Of a DNA stretch of 64,000 nt, positions 39,551-49,328 are shown piece by piece. A program made the translations under genes and the position numbers. The notes below the pieces were generated by a model. The model had not been told where the DNA came from. It was given only the letters and a program-made list of their open reading frames with translations, and did no database searches. The DNA comes from Bacteroidota bacterium (GTDB lineage: Bacteria > Bacteroidota > Bacteroidia > Bacteroidales > DTGW01). The stretch's first letter is position 1, and each line of letters begins with the position of its first letter. The DNA lies in contig JAKPGM010000079.1 in assembly GCA_029550865.1 (NCBI GenBank), positions 27,323-91,322 of the forward strand, given 5' to 3'.

Positions 39551-39662
39551 CATTATCTCTTTTGTGCAGCATACTGCTGAATGTATGGTCTGCTAAAATG
39601 CAATGAAGTTATAGGGAAAATACTTTTTACCCGATTGAGGTTTTTTTTCCGCAAGAAATGAT

Positions 39663-39670
39663 TAACTTTG
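39663..39670 (+). promoter_or_regulatory. candidate -7 promoter box (TAACTTTG)
   Basis: Exact TAnnTTTG match 22 nt upstream of ATG 39692. Confidence 0.3.
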
Positions 39671-39691
39671 TTTTTATAAGTAGGGGACAGT

Positions 39692-40303
39692 ATGGGTAAG
39701 ATAAAGTTAAATGTGTTAGGAATTTCGTATAGTCAGACGCAATCGGGCGCTTATGCGTTGGTCCTTACTGAGGAAAATGGCGATCGACGCATACCCATTA
39801 TTGTGGGAGGATTTGAGGCACAGGCAATAGCTATCCAGCTGGAAGGGCTCACCCCTCCACGTCCGTTAACGCATGACCTCTTTTATAATTTTGCCGTGGC
39901 CTTCAAAATCGATATACTCGAAGTGAATATCTATAAACTCGAAGAAGGTATATTTTATTCAAAACTCACCTGTTACGACGGTAAAAATACCATTAACATC
40001 GATTCGCGAACTTCCGATGCCATTGCTTTGGCCTTACGCTTTAAATGTCCTATATATACCAACGAAGACATTCTGGAGCGTGCAGGTATTGTTTTGGAAG
40101 TTGAGAAGGAAACGCATTCGGCACGCGTGCATTCGGTTCGGCATCCCGAGCCTGAAGAATCGGAATTTGAAGAATTACGTAGCATGTCGATGGAGGAATT
40201 GAAAGAAAGTCTCGAAGAAGCCATCAGGACAGAAAATTACGAACGTGCCTCCCACATCCGGGACGAGATAAACCGTAGGAACAAGAAAAAATACAACCCA
40301 TGA
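39692..40303 (+). CDS. bifunctional nuclease (DNase/RNase, DUF151-type) with C-terminal UVR motif
   Basis: IPIIVGGFEAQAIAIQLEG...PRPLTHDL core and a C-terminal UVR-like ELKESLEEAIRTENYERASHIRDEI. Confidence 0.8.
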   Translation: MGKIKLNVLGISYSQTQSGAYALVLTEENGDRRIPIIVGGFEAQAIAIQLEGLTPPRPLTHDLFYNFAVAFKIDILEVNIYKLEEGIFYSKLTCYDGKNTINIDSRTSDAIALALRFKCPIYTNEDILERAGIVLEVEKETHSARVHSVRHPEPEESEFEELRSMSMEELKESLEEAIRTENYERASHIRDEINRRNKKKYNP

Positions 40304-40731
40304 TAAATGTTAATGACATCCTAAAGGAAAAAGGGAATCAGTATTATGCTGTATCCCCTTCTGCCAATGTAATCGACGCATTACGTTTGATGGCAGAAAA
40401 AAACATCGGGGCTGTTCTGGTTATGGAAAACGACCAGTTAGTGGGTATTTTTTCTGAGCGCGACTACGCTCGTAAAGTAGTACTGGCTGGAAAGTCGTCG
40501 CTTAATACGCCTGTGTCCGAAATTATGTCGACCGGTGTAATTACCGTTACCAAGGAAACCAGCTTAAATGACTGTATGCAAATTATGACCGACAAACATT
40601 TTAGACATCTTCCTGTAATTGAGGATAATAAAGTCATTGGGGTGGTTTCTATTGGAGATATTGTCAGCCGTATTATCCGTGAACAACGAAATACTATTCA
40701 GCAACTCGAAAATTATATTATTCGCGGATAG
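40300..40731 (+). CDS. CBS-pair domain protein
   Basis: 143 aa with two CBS repeats (GAVLVMENDQLVGIFSERD; HLPVIEDNKVIGVVSIGD). A 4-nt overlap with the upstream gene. Confidence 0.85.
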   Translation: MINVNDILKEKGNQYYAVSPSANVIDALRLMAEKNIGAVLVMENDQLVGIFSERDYARKVVLAGKSSLNTPVSEIMSTGVITVTKETSLNDCMQIMTDKHFRHLPVIEDNKVIGVVSIGDIVSRIIREQRNTIQQLENYIIRG

Positions 40732-40787
40732 AGCTGTTTGATGATAAATAGCAGCTGGTTCTTTACTCACTTCGATTATTTTGATGC

Positions 40788-41603
40788 ATGTTAAAAAAAG
40801 GATTTATCGTAAGGTTCATGCTATTAGCAGAATTTATCCTTACGGGCAATTCTTTTTTTATATGGTCGCAAACCGATACCTCAATCATGATCACCGGTAC
40901 CAGGGTCGATATTCTTTTTCCTGCCAATTATAGCCAAAAGAACATTTTAGTGTTGCCGGGGTGGAATTTTCCCTGTGATGATATTTGCAAGAAGTCCGAT
41001 TTTTGTGCACTTGCCAAAAGTAATGGATTTGTTGTGGTGATGCCCGATATGCAAAAAAGCGTTTATGCATCAACCATATATCCCGAAACACGTTCCGACT
41101 GGAAAAAATATCATACCCGTGCCTGGATTACCGATACGCTTATTCCTTATTTACAGCACAACTTTAAATTGTTTCTACCCAATCAAAGAAATTATCTTTT
41201 TGGAATCTCAACGGGGGGTAGGGGAGTAGCCTTACTTGCCTGTTACGACACGGCGGGTATTTTTAGGGCAGGAGCTGCCCTTGCTGGTGATTTTGACCAA
41301 ACACTTATGCCCAGCGACAACCTGATGAAGGGCTATTATGGTAGTTATGAACAGTTCCCTCAGCGTTGGGAGGGAACAGATAATCCGCTGAAAAATGCGT
41401 CTCGTATTCAAATTCCCCTTTATTTGTCCCACGGAACCCACGATAGCGTAGTACCCTATTCGCAGACCGAAGTTTTTTATCAAGCATTGACTAAAATTTC
41501 TTCATTGCCCCATCAATTACACCCTGTCGCAGGGGGGAAGCATGACTATGAATGCTGGGCTTCACAGTATCAGAATATTGTATTTTTTTTCAATCAGTTT
41601 TAA
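40788..41603 (+). CDS. alpha/beta hydrolase (esterase-like)
   Basis: Nucleophile elbow GISTGGRG with downstream Asp and His candidates (HGTHDSVV, GKHDY), and an N-terminal hydrophobic leader. Confidence 0.7.
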   Translation: MLKKGFIVRFMLLAEFILTGNSFFIWSQTDTSIMITGTRVDILFPANYSQKNILVLPGWNFPCDDICKKSDFCALAKSNGFVVVMPDMQKSVYASTIYPETRSDWKKYHTRAWITDTLIPYLQHNFKLFLPNQRNYLFGISTGGRGVALLACYDTAGIFRAGAALAGDFDQTLMPSDNLMKGYYGSYEQFPQRWEGTDNPLKNASRIQIPLYLSHGTHDSVVPYSQTEVFYQALTKISSLPHQLHPVAGGKHDYECWASQYQNIVFFFNQF

Positions 41604-41741
41604 AATTTTCTTGCGCCTTTTGTCGACATTTTTTCATTGTCGTTAACCATTGTTTGTGGTCATCTTAAAACATACTGTAAAAAGCTGAACAATTGTAAAA
41701 TAATGCTGTTAAATAATTTAAGGATTCAAGTGAATGGTAAA

Positions 41742-41749
41742 TAAATTTG
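41742..41749 (+). promoter_or_regulatory. candidate -7 promoter box (TAAATTTG)
   Basis: Exact TAnnTTTG match 14 nt upstream of ATG 41763. Confidence 0.3.
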
Positions 41750-41762
41750 AAAGGGTGCAGCC

Positions 41763-42476
41763 ATGAAAAAAACAATTATCATCACAGGAGCAGGTAAGGG
41801 ATTGGGGAGGGCAATAACCCTCAGGCTTGCTCAGATGGAGCACAGGCTTTTACTGGTAGGCAGAAACGAAGCCGATCTGGCTCAATTGGCAGAACAGGCA
41901 AAGGAAGCGGGAAGTGAGGCAACCTATGTGGTAGCCGACCTGGTTCGTCCCGAATCGGCAGGGCTGATTGTCGAGACCTGTATTCAAGCTTATGCCGGTA
42001 TCGATGTGCTCATCAATAATGCAGGTGTAGCCAATCCTTTCAGCATCGAAAGTACTCCGGTTGAACAGTGGGATTTGATGATGGCTGTCAATGCCCGCGC
42101 CCCGTTTTTGCTTTGCAAAAAAGCTATTCCGTATTTGCGCCAATCGACCCAGGCTACTATAATCAATATTTCATCGGTTGTAGGCCGGAAAGGATATGTC
42201 AATCAGGCAGCTTATACTGCATCTAAACATGCGCTCACAGGCTTTACGAAAGCGCTTGCCAAAGAGGTACAACCCATGGGAATTCGGGTTCATCTCATTT
42301 CGCCGGGTGGGGTTGCTACCGAAACATTAGCCCGTACCCGCCCCGACCTTACGCAAAATGGCTTAATGCAACCCGAAGAAATCGCTGAAGTTATTGCTTT
42401 TCTGCTTTCTATGCGCGGAAACGCTATGATCGATGAAATCAATCTTCGTAGACTCAATGCTACCCCCTTCGATTAG
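41763..42476 (+). CDS. SDR-family oxidoreductase
   Basis: TGAGKGLG cofactor motif, NNAG and the catalytic YTASKHAL. Confidence 0.9.
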   Translation: MKKTIIITGAGKGLGRAITLRLAQMEHRLLLVGRNEADLAQLAEQAKEAGSEATYVVADLVRPESAGLIVETCIQAYAGIDVLINNAGVANPFSIESTPVEQWDLMMAVNARAPFLLCKKAIPYLRQSTQATIINISSVVGRKGYVNQAAYTASKHALTGFTKALAKEVQPMGIRVHLISPGGVATETLARTRPDLTQNGLMQPEEIAEVIAFLLSMRGNAMIDEINLRRLNATPFD

Positions 42477-42520
42477 TTTCTGTACATTTAGCTGAAATCT
42501 TTTAGATATTTTAGAAAATT

Positions 42521-42547
42521 AAAAACGGGCAAAAAAGCCCGTTTTTG
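42521..42547. terminator. bidirectional rho-independent terminator between convergent genes
   Basis: AAAAACGGGC AAAAAA GCCCGTTTTTG: a perfect GC stem flanked by A-run and T-run, sitting between the stops at 42476 (+) and 42549 (-). Confidence 0.7.
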
Positions 42548-42548
42548 T

Positions 42549-43550
42549 TTACTTTAATTCTTTGTGTAACTTAAGTTTTTTAGTGGTATAAATTTTTACC
42601 ATGGACTCTCCTGTAGAAACTGGAGGTTTTATTGAAGCAATAGCAAGATATTCACCATTGGGGCTGATGGCGATTTTCTGATTGCTATGTGAGCCTGGCG
42701 CATTACGTTCATAATTTGGTTTCTTAGTTTTAAGATTATAATATGCAATATTGTTACGTCCAATAAAATAAATATCGTCAAAATTTAAGGGATTAGCACA
42801 CAAATCGTTAACATCCCCATCTTTCATTTCAGGAAAATTATAAGCTCTGAGTTTATCTGGTAATGAGAATGTAGAACCTACCATGTGAATTTGACCATCA
42901 GCATCACCATAATCTTTTACTATCAAGTAAGAACCACCAGCAACGTATCGTCCATCATGGGCAACTACATTTGCAGGAAAGTCGCCCATGGTATATTTAC
43001 CTGTAACAGAAAAGGTATTTAAGCTAAATTGTTCACTCTCCATACCTAATTTTAATTCTTTGTATACAATATAAAATAAATCAGCACCTTCATCTACAGC
43101 AACGATACATTCTTTTTCATTATTATATGTTTTAGTTTGTTTTTCTATTTTACGATCCTCTAAATTGTATAGTATAATATCACTTCTATTTTTTACCAGA
43201 AGGTATTTACCTTTAAATAATGCAAAGGCTTGATAGTTCCATTTAGGAAGTGCTGAAAGCTCAAGGGTGTCGACGATGGTGCCAGTATTTCCATCCACTA
43301 TTTTGAAAGTGTAGTTGGTCGATAGAATTAACCATAAATTGTCTTTATAGAATTTTATATTGTATCCTCCTATGGAAGAACTATTTAACATTTTTCCACT
43401 GGCAACATCCCAAAACTTTATATCACTGGGGGTAATGGTGGCAAGTTTTGTGTTATCGCCCGAGAAAGCCATACCCTTTACTGCACCTGTATGGGTTTGT
43501 GATAACCCAACTATTGGTATCATTAATAAAAATAAAATGAATGTTTTCAT
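42549..43550 (-). CDS. secreted beta-propeller-like protein (WD40-like), function unknown
   Basis: Signal peptide MKTFILFLLMIPIVGLSQ. Recurrent motifs of blade-like spacing (GAVKGMAFSGDNTKLATIT..IKFWDV; IAISPNGEYLAIAS). AT-rich relative to neighbours. Confidence 0.55.
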   Translation of the reverse strand: MKTFILFLLMIPIVGLSQTHTGAVKGMAFSGDNTKLATITPSDIKFWDVASGKMLNSSSIGGYNIKFYKDNLWLILSTNYTFKIVDGNTGTIVDTLELSALPKWNYQAFALFKGKYLLVKNRSDIILYNLEDRKIEKQTKTYNNEKECIVAVDEGADLFYIVYKELKLGMESEQFSLNTFSVTGKYTMGDFPANVVAHDGRYVAGGSYLIVKDYGDADGQIHMVGSTFSLPDKLRAYNFPEMKDGDVNDLCANPLNFDDIYFIGRNNIAYYNLKTKKPNYERNAPGSHSNQKIAISPNGEYLAIASIKPPVSTGESMVKIYTTKKLKLHKELK

Positions 43551-43577
43551 GGTAATAAGTTTTAAGTTTAATTAATT

Positions 43578-44093
43578 TTAGTCATCTTTTCCTACTTTTT
43601 CTTTAATGTTACGTTTTCCCGAAAGAATCAACTTTTTATTAGCAATATCAAATGTAACCGTTCCCCAGGAAGATGATTTTTGTATCAGCTCGGTATACGG
43701 AGTGTTTTCTACGGGTTCGTAAACATTGCCAAGCGTATCGATGGGGAAAGAGGCAAAATCAAAATATCCATTTGGCCCCAGCAAATAAATCCTTAACGAT
43801 CCATCCATCATACTATCAAGTCGAACTGTTTTGTATTTTTCCACCACAGTTCCTGTATCGATGGAATAGCAGGTTGAAGAATTAACCGTTTCTTTTGCTA
43901 AAACATCGCTGTATTCGAAGGTGGAACTAAAACCCTTGAAACTCCCTGACACGAGGGTGGCATCATTGAAATCAAATTCATAGGTAAAAGTTAGTTCACA
44001 GTCGTGTTCAGTTGAGGTAAGCAAGGGATAAATACAGCTTTGTAAAAAAACTGTAACCCCTATTATTATAATAAATAAAGGTATCTTTTTCAT
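43578..44093 (-). CDS. lipoprotein, function unknown
   Basis: Lipobox VFLQSC after MKKIPLFIIIIGVT. 171 aa with no recognised motif. Confidence 0.55.
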   Translation of the reverse strand: MKKIPLFIIIIGVTVFLQSCIYPLLTSTEHDCELTFTYEFDFNDATLVSGSFKGFSSTFEYSDVLAKETVNSSTCYSIDTGTVVEKYKTVRLDSMMDGSLRIYLLGPNGYFDFASFPIDTLGNVYEPVENTPYTELIQKSSSWGTVTFDIANKKLILSGKRNIKEKVGKDD

Positions 44094-44156
44094 ATTGTAG
44101 ATTTTTGATTATTAATTTGGGCTTTTGATTAATTTTCTAATTGAAGAAATTACACG

Positions 44157-45224
44157 TTAGCTTCCGAACTTTATTCTTAGCTCAAGAAATATAGCAGATT
44201 GAGAATGCATTTCAAACACCAGCGGTGTATAGTTAGAAAAAGCTACCACTCTAAACCTCCATCCCTCATCAAAGAGTGAATTATTCTCACTTAGAAGATT
44301 CCATATTATCATGCCACCAAGTCTGCTATTTGTGTAGCTCTTTTTTGATATATCTAATCCATACTCGAATCGTTTTCCTCGATATGTGGGGGCCAATGCA
44401 TAATTGGTGGTCTTATTGAGTCGATCAAATTCAATCTGAAAATAGGTGTCGAAACGTGCCCAAAAATCTCCCCCATACGAAAAATCTTTGTCAAGTACCT
44501 TTTCTGCTATTTTTCGAGCACGAGTGTCCAAAAGCAATGTCTTCTCAAAACGATAGTATTCAACATTGAACATGTCGTAAAGATTAGCACCAAACACGCT
44601 TAATCCTCGCTGACGAATGGTAACATTGGTTAACGGGTCTCTTACCCGATCCCTGAATATCGTTTTGAGCTTGGCAATATTAGTTACCTTGTAATACAAA
44701 TAATAGTCTAAGGTACCCGATAGTTTTGTAGACTCAACTAACGGCACCGGTCCCATGGCCAATAGTTGGTTACTTAATAATTTTTCGGGCAAAATGGCTA
44801 ATCCTGTATAAACTCCTGCATGAATTCCCCAAAATTTTGCATTATATCCATATCCAAATGCAAAATACATCCTGAAATCTTGAGGCATACCATATTGTGC
44901 ATTTTTATAAATATCGGCCATAATGGACATGTTAGTGTTATTTCTAAACTTATATCCTTGTAATGACCGAAAACCTGCCCAATAGACGCCATCTTCAAGA
45001 GGTTTGCCTTCACCATAATACTGGACATGGACAAACATGTCGAATTCCTTGCTCGAATAAAGGGTGGGTAGGACATGCTGGTTAAACATATAATTTAACC
45101 GTTTGGAAGGAAAACTCTTCAGCTGCTTCACATCAGTGGTTGAGGTTTGCGAAACAGCTGTACTACTGCCTAATATACAAATGTATAACAGCAGCTTTTT
45201 GTAAGTGTGTAATTTTACTTTCAT
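44157..45224 (-). CDS. signal-peptide protein with outer-membrane beta-barrel-like sequence pattern, function unknown
   Basis: Signal peptide MKVKLHTYKKLLLYICILGSSTAVSQ, with Tyr/Phe/Gly-rich alternating segments (YFAFGYGYNAKFWGIHAGVY, RFEYGLDI, RFRVVAF). First gene of a three-gene same-strand cluster. Confidence 0.55.
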   Translation of the reverse strand: MKVKLHTYKKLLLYICILGSSTAVSQTSTTDVKQLKSFPSKRLNYMFNQHVLPTLYSSKEFDMFVHVQYYGEGKPLEDGVYWAGFRSLQGYKFRNNTNMSIMADIYKNAQYGMPQDFRMYFAFGYGYNAKFWGIHAGVYTGLAILPEKLLSNQLLAMGPVPLVESTKLSGTLDYYLYYKVTNIAKLKTIFRDRVRDPLTNVTIRQRGLSVFGANLYDMFNVEYYRFEKTLLLDTRARKIAEKVLDKDFSYGGDFWARFDTYFQIEFDRLNKTTNYALAPTYRGKRFEYGLDISKKSYTNSRLGGMIIWNLLSENNSLFDEGWRFRVVAFSNYTPLVFEMHSQSAIFLELRIKFGS

Positions 45225-45527
45225 ATGTTAATTGTTATATGTTTATGCTTATCTAACAATCTGATGGAAAATATGTTTTTAAAATCTTAAAATATGTTAA
45301 TCTTATATAGTAAAATTTCCAGTATTCTATTGAAAAAATAAGCCTGTATACGCAACCCTGTAGTTTAGCATTCAATCAGATTCTTAGACTTTGCTATCAT
45401 TCGATGATTTTAATGAACTTTGTTACTTTGAAAGATTTTTAACTAAAAGAAAAAATTGTGTTCAGTGAAACATTAAATCATGAAATAAAGAAGTTTTTTG
45501 AGTTATTTTGCCAGCAAAAGTTTAGCG

Positions 45528-46430
45528 ATGGTGTGGATTTTATTATCGGTGCTTTCGGCGACATTGCTTGGAGTGTACGATATTTTTAAGAAAATATCCT
45601 TAAGTCGGAATGCGGTTTTGCCCGTTTTATTTTTGTCGACGCTTATTAATGCTTTGCTGTTTACTCCTGTACTTTATGTTGCATATTTTACCGAAGTTCC
45701 TCGGTATCAGCCTATGTTTCAATTTGCTAATTTGACGCTCTCCGACCATTTATTGTTTGCCCTGAAATCGGTTATTGTGGGCAGTTCGTGGACACTGGCA
45801 TATTATGCCATGAAATATTTGCCCATTACCATTGTTTCACCCATCCGGTCGTCGGGACCATTGTGGACGCTGTTGGGTGCTGTGGTTATATTTGGCGAAA
45901 AACTTACTTTCTGGCAGTGGATAGGCCTTGCCATCACTTTGTTGTTTTATTATTTATTTAGTTTATCGGGTCAAAAAGAGGGTATCTCGTTTCGAAAAAA
46001 TCGATGGATTTTTTTTATGACCCTTTCAACCCTGATAGGTTCCGTAAGTTCATTATACGACAAATATCTGGTGAGTCATTACAATCGACTGGCCATGCAG
46101 GCATGGTATCATGTGTACATGGTACCCTTAATGTTATTGTTGCTCCTTTTAATTTGGTATCCGACCCGGCATCGATATGAAAAGTTTCAATGGCGTTGGT
46201 CTATCCCACTCATTAGCCTATGTTTAACCCTGGGCGATTTTATTTATTTTTGGGCACTTTCGTACTCCGATTCTCTTATTGCCATTGTAAGTACCATTCG
46301 TCGTGGTAGTGTGGTTGTTTCGTTTTCAATTGGGGCAATGCTTTTTAAAGAAAAAAATGTAGTTCAGAAAGGACTTATTTTACTGGGAATACTGGCTGGG
46401 ATTGTACTTATTATTCTATCGTCGAAATAA
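45528..46430 (+). CDS. EamA/DMT-family transporter
   Basis: About 10 TM helices arranged in two halves. ATG 45528 (MVWILLSVLSA) is preferred over the TTG at 45498. Confidence 0.8.
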   Translation: MVWILLSVLSATLLGVYDIFKKISLSRNAVLPVLFLSTLINALLFTPVLYVAYFTEVPRYQPMFQFANLTLSDHLLFALKSVIVGSSWTLAYYAMKYLPITIVSPIRSSGPLWTLLGAVVIFGEKLTFWQWIGLAITLLFYYLFSLSGQKEGISFRKNRWIFFMTLSTLIGSVSSLYDKYLVSHYNRLAMQAWYHVYMVPLMLLLLLLIWYPTRHRYEKFQWRWSIPLISLCLTLGDFIYFWALSYSDSLIAIVSTIRRGSVVVSFSIGAMLFKEKNVVQKGLILLGILAGIVLIILSSK

Positions 46431-46447
46431 TGCATTTTGCGAGAAAG

Positions 46448-46463
46448 TATTTTTGTATTTTTG
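46448..46463 (+). promoter_or_regulatory. tandem candidate -7 boxes (TATTTTTG TATTTTTG) upstream of purK
   Basis: Two adjacent exact TAnnTTTG matches, the second 21 nt upstream of ATG 46484. A TTG lies at 46437-46439. Confidence 0.35.
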
Positions 46464-46483
46464 TCTCGTAAAGTAAAATATAC

Positions 46484-47650
46484 ATGGGAGATATTTATTC
46501 GGGAAATTTAAAGCTGGGTATTATTGCTGGAGGACAGCTGGCTAAGATGCTTATTCAGGAGGCCAGCAAGTGGGATATTTCGACTTTTGTTCTGGATCAG
46601 GAAGATGACTGTCCTGCTGGTCAAATTGCTACTCGGTTTGTACGGGGTAGCCGTTTTGATTTTGAAGCTGTGTACAATTTCGGTAAGCTAGTCGATGTGC
46701 TAACCTATGAGATAGAAAGCATTAATGTTGAGGCGCTTTATAAGCTGAAGTCGGAAGGGATACAGTTGCTACCCGATCCGTCTATCCTGGAATTAATTCA
46801 GGATAAAGGTAAACAGAAGGATTTCTACTGGCAACATGGTTATCCCACAGCCCCCTATCAACATTATGCCTCAAAGAATGAAATTCTTGAAGCCATTAAG
46901 CAAGGTAGGTTAAAATTTCCTTTTGTGCAGAAACAGTGTAAGGAAGGATATGATGGACGTGGGGTAGCCGTAATTAATAATGAACATGACGTATCAAAAT
47001 TGCTCGATGCGCCGTCAATTGTGGAAGAAAAGGTAACTATTGACCGGGAAATTTCAGTGATTGTTGCCCGTAATGCAAGCGGGCAGATAAAAAGTTTTCC
47101 AGTAGTAGAAATGGAATTTGAACCTAATGCCAACCTGGTTGACAAATTGTTGTGTCCGGCTCAAATTCCGGAAAATATTGCGAGGGATGCCCAACAACTT
47201 GCTGAAAGCCTCATCGAGTCGATGAATATGATTGGTCTTCTGGCAGTTGAATTTTTTCTTGATGTGCATCAAAAGCTATATATCAACGAAAGCGCACCCC
47301 GTCCTCACAATAGCGGGCATCATACCATCGAAAGTAACCTGACCTCACAGTATGAGCAGCATCTGCGTGCAATTTTAAATTTGCCCCTGGGTGATACGCA
47401 AATACTCAAGCCTGCGGTAATGGTTAATCTTCTGGGTGAACCAGGTAAGCAGGGCCCCGTAAGGTACGAGGGTTTGAAAGAGGCTTTGGCTATTGAAGGG
47501 GTTAAAATACACCTGTATGGTAAAAAACAAACTCGCGGTTATCGTAAAATGGGGCATATCACTATTGTAGCCAATACCTTACAGGAGGCCAGTGAAAAGG
47601 CGGAAAAAGTAAAGCAAATCCTAAAAGTAACCACATGGAGCAAAAATTAG
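46484..47650 (+). CDS. purK: 5-(carboxyamino)imidazole ribonucleotide synthase
   Basis: ATP-grasp protein (LGIIAGGQLAKML; ESAPRPHNSGHHT), overlapping purE by 16 nt. Confidence 0.92.
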   Translation: MGDIYSGNLKLGIIAGGQLAKMLIQEASKWDISTFVLDQEDDCPAGQIATRFVRGSRFDFEAVYNFGKLVDVLTYEIESINVEALYKLKSEGIQLLPDPSILELIQDKGKQKDFYWQHGYPTAPYQHYASKNEILEAIKQGRLKFPFVQKQCKEGYDGRGVAVINNEHDVSKLLDAPSIVEEKVTIDREISVIVARNASGQIKSFPVVEMEFEPNANLVDKLLCPAQIPENIARDAQQLAESLIESMNMIGLLAVEFFLDVHQKLYINESAPRPHNSGHHTIESNLTSQYEQHLRAILNLPLGDTQILKPAVMVNLLGEPGKQGPVRYEGLKEALAIEGVKIHLYGKKQTRGYRKMGHITIVANTLQEASEKAEKVKQILKVTTWSKN

Positions 47651-48126
47651 TCAGTATTGTCATGGGGTCCGACTCCGACCTTGAAGTGATGAAACAAGCA
47701 GCCGAAATGCTTGAACAATTCGGTATACCTTACGAGCTCGATATTGTTTCTGCACACCGTACCCCCGATAAGATGTTTCAATTTGCATCCGAAGCACACA
47801 AACGCGGCATTAAGGTTATTATTGCAGGTGCTGGAGGTGCTGCACATCTGCCTGGTATGATTGCGGCTATTTCCCCACTTCCTGTTATTGGTGTGCCTAT
47901 CAAATCAAGCAATTCTATCGATGGATGGGATTCTATTCTTTCAATCCTACAAATGCCTAACGGGGTGCCTGTGGCTACCGTCGCGCTGAATGCTGCCAAG
48001 AATGCCGGCATCCTCGCTGCTCAAATCATTGCCGCTACTGACCCTAAAATACTCGAAAAAATTATCGAATACAAAAATTTGCTACGCCAACAAGTGGTTG
48101 AAAAGTCAAAGAAAATTAAAAAATAG
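47635..48126 (+). CDS. purE: 5-(carboxyamino)imidazole ribonucleotide mutase
   Basis: IVMGSDSD, VSAHRTP and AGGAAHLPGM motifs. Confidence 0.95.
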   Translation: MEQKLVSIVMGSDSDLEVMKQAAEMLEQFGIPYELDIVSAHRTPDKMFQFASEAHKRGIKVIIAGAGGAAHLPGMIAAISPLPVIGVPIKSSNSIDGWDSILSILQMPNGVPVATVALNAAKNAGILAAQIIAATDPKILEKIIEYKNLLRQQVVEKSKKIKK

Positions 48127-48226
48127 CTTTGTACATTTTGCTTTCTTTTATTGTTATTTATTGCTCTTCAATATTAATAAGAAGGTAAGGCTGTTGATTT
48201 TTATAGCTAAAGCTTATTTACTGTTT

Positions 48227-48988
48227 ATGATAAATAAATTATTGAATGAGGGCGTTTTTGTTATTCATGCTTTGCATGGTTACGAGCCACACGAAAGAAG
48301 AATCATTGAATTATTTGGAAATAAAGGAATCAATTTCGAATTTGTAGTTGAAGGCGACCCATCTAATTTCCATAAAATATCTTTAGAAAAATACTTTTCA
48401 AAGGATATACATAAAGTTTTATCTCGGGGGACGCTATCCTGTACCTTCAATCATATTCTCGCCTATGAAAAAATAATGGCAAGAAATATTGAATATGCAA
48501 TAGTTTTTGAAAATGATCCGTTTTTCTTGGGAAATTTTGTTGAAAAGTTGAAGAGACTTTTTGATGAAGTTCAACATTTACCTCCAGGATTTATCATTTC
48601 TCTCGAGAACAGTACTTTGCGTTTTCCTTCATATTGGCAAATACGTATGGGAAAGCAATTGTATCGAGCCAGAATAGGAAGAATGGCCGGCGCTTATTTG
48701 ATCGACCGTCAAGCAGTAATTAACATTTTGAATGATATCCAGTATAATAAGTGTGATAGGGTCATTGACTGGTGGCATAATGATTTAATTCAAAGAGGAG
48801 TTATTGATATGTACTGGGCACATCCTCCTTTGGTGGAGCAGGGGTCTCATAATGGAATGTTAAGTTCAACCATTTCAACGCAGTCTGCTACACTAATGCG
48901 GCGTTTGTCGTGGATAGCGCAGAAATTTTATAAGTATTATATCCGTCGGCTTTTTCACGAAAAAAATATCATTGGTACCGCTTTTTAA
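48227..48988 (+). CDS. glycosyltransferase family 25-like (LOS/LPS type)
   Basis: ATG 48227 (MINKLLNEGVFVIHAL). GT25-like TLSCTFNHILAYEKI...AIVFENDPFF. The track start at 47990 lies inside purE. Confidence 0.7.
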   Translation: MINKLLNEGVFVIHALHGYEPHERRIIELFGNKGINFEFVVEGDPSNFHKISLEKYFSKDIHKVLSRGTLSCTFNHILAYEKIMARNIEYAIVFENDPFFLGNFVEKLKRLFDEVQHLPPGFIISLENSTLRFPSYWQIRMGKQLYRARIGRMAGAYLIDRQAVINILNDIQYNKCDRVIDWWHNDLIQRGVIDMYWAHPPLVEQGSHNGMLSSTISTQSATLMRRLSWIAQKFYKYYIRRLFHEKNIIGTAF

Positions 48989-49255
48989 ATTATTGAAATT
49001 AGGGTTTAATGGACATTTTCAGGCTGCAGTAAAGTAAAACCTATTGGTTTAAGCCACTAACGCAAGGAAAATTTTATAAGTAAATAGTTTTAAAGGCCTC
49101 CTATTCATGGAATGTCAATAAGTAAAGACTGACAAAAACCAGCCTTTATAACTAATTGTCTAAGAATAGCCTAAATTTTCTCCATTACGCCGAAACTAGG
49201 GTTATTATATGTTATTTACTTATCCGCTCGCCCATTCGTTTGAAGTATAAACATC

Positions 49256-49285
49256 GAAGCCACCGACCAAAAGGACGATGGCTTC
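49256..49285 (-). terminator. candidate terminator hairpin downstream of the GH3 gene
   Basis: GAAGCCACCG / CGATGGCTTC pair at 9 of 10 positions with a 10-nt loop. On the minus strand the hairpin is followed by GATGTTTAT, so the U-tract is weak. Confidence 0.3.
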
Positions 49286-49328
49286 AATGACAACACAACA
49301 ACTACTACCACTATGAAACCTACTATGC

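Noticed and set aside
47990-48226. Upstream extension of the GT25-like ORF overlapping purE
   Set aside because: It lies in an alternative frame of purE and then crosses an AT-rich spacer. The family-like sequence begins at ATG 48227.
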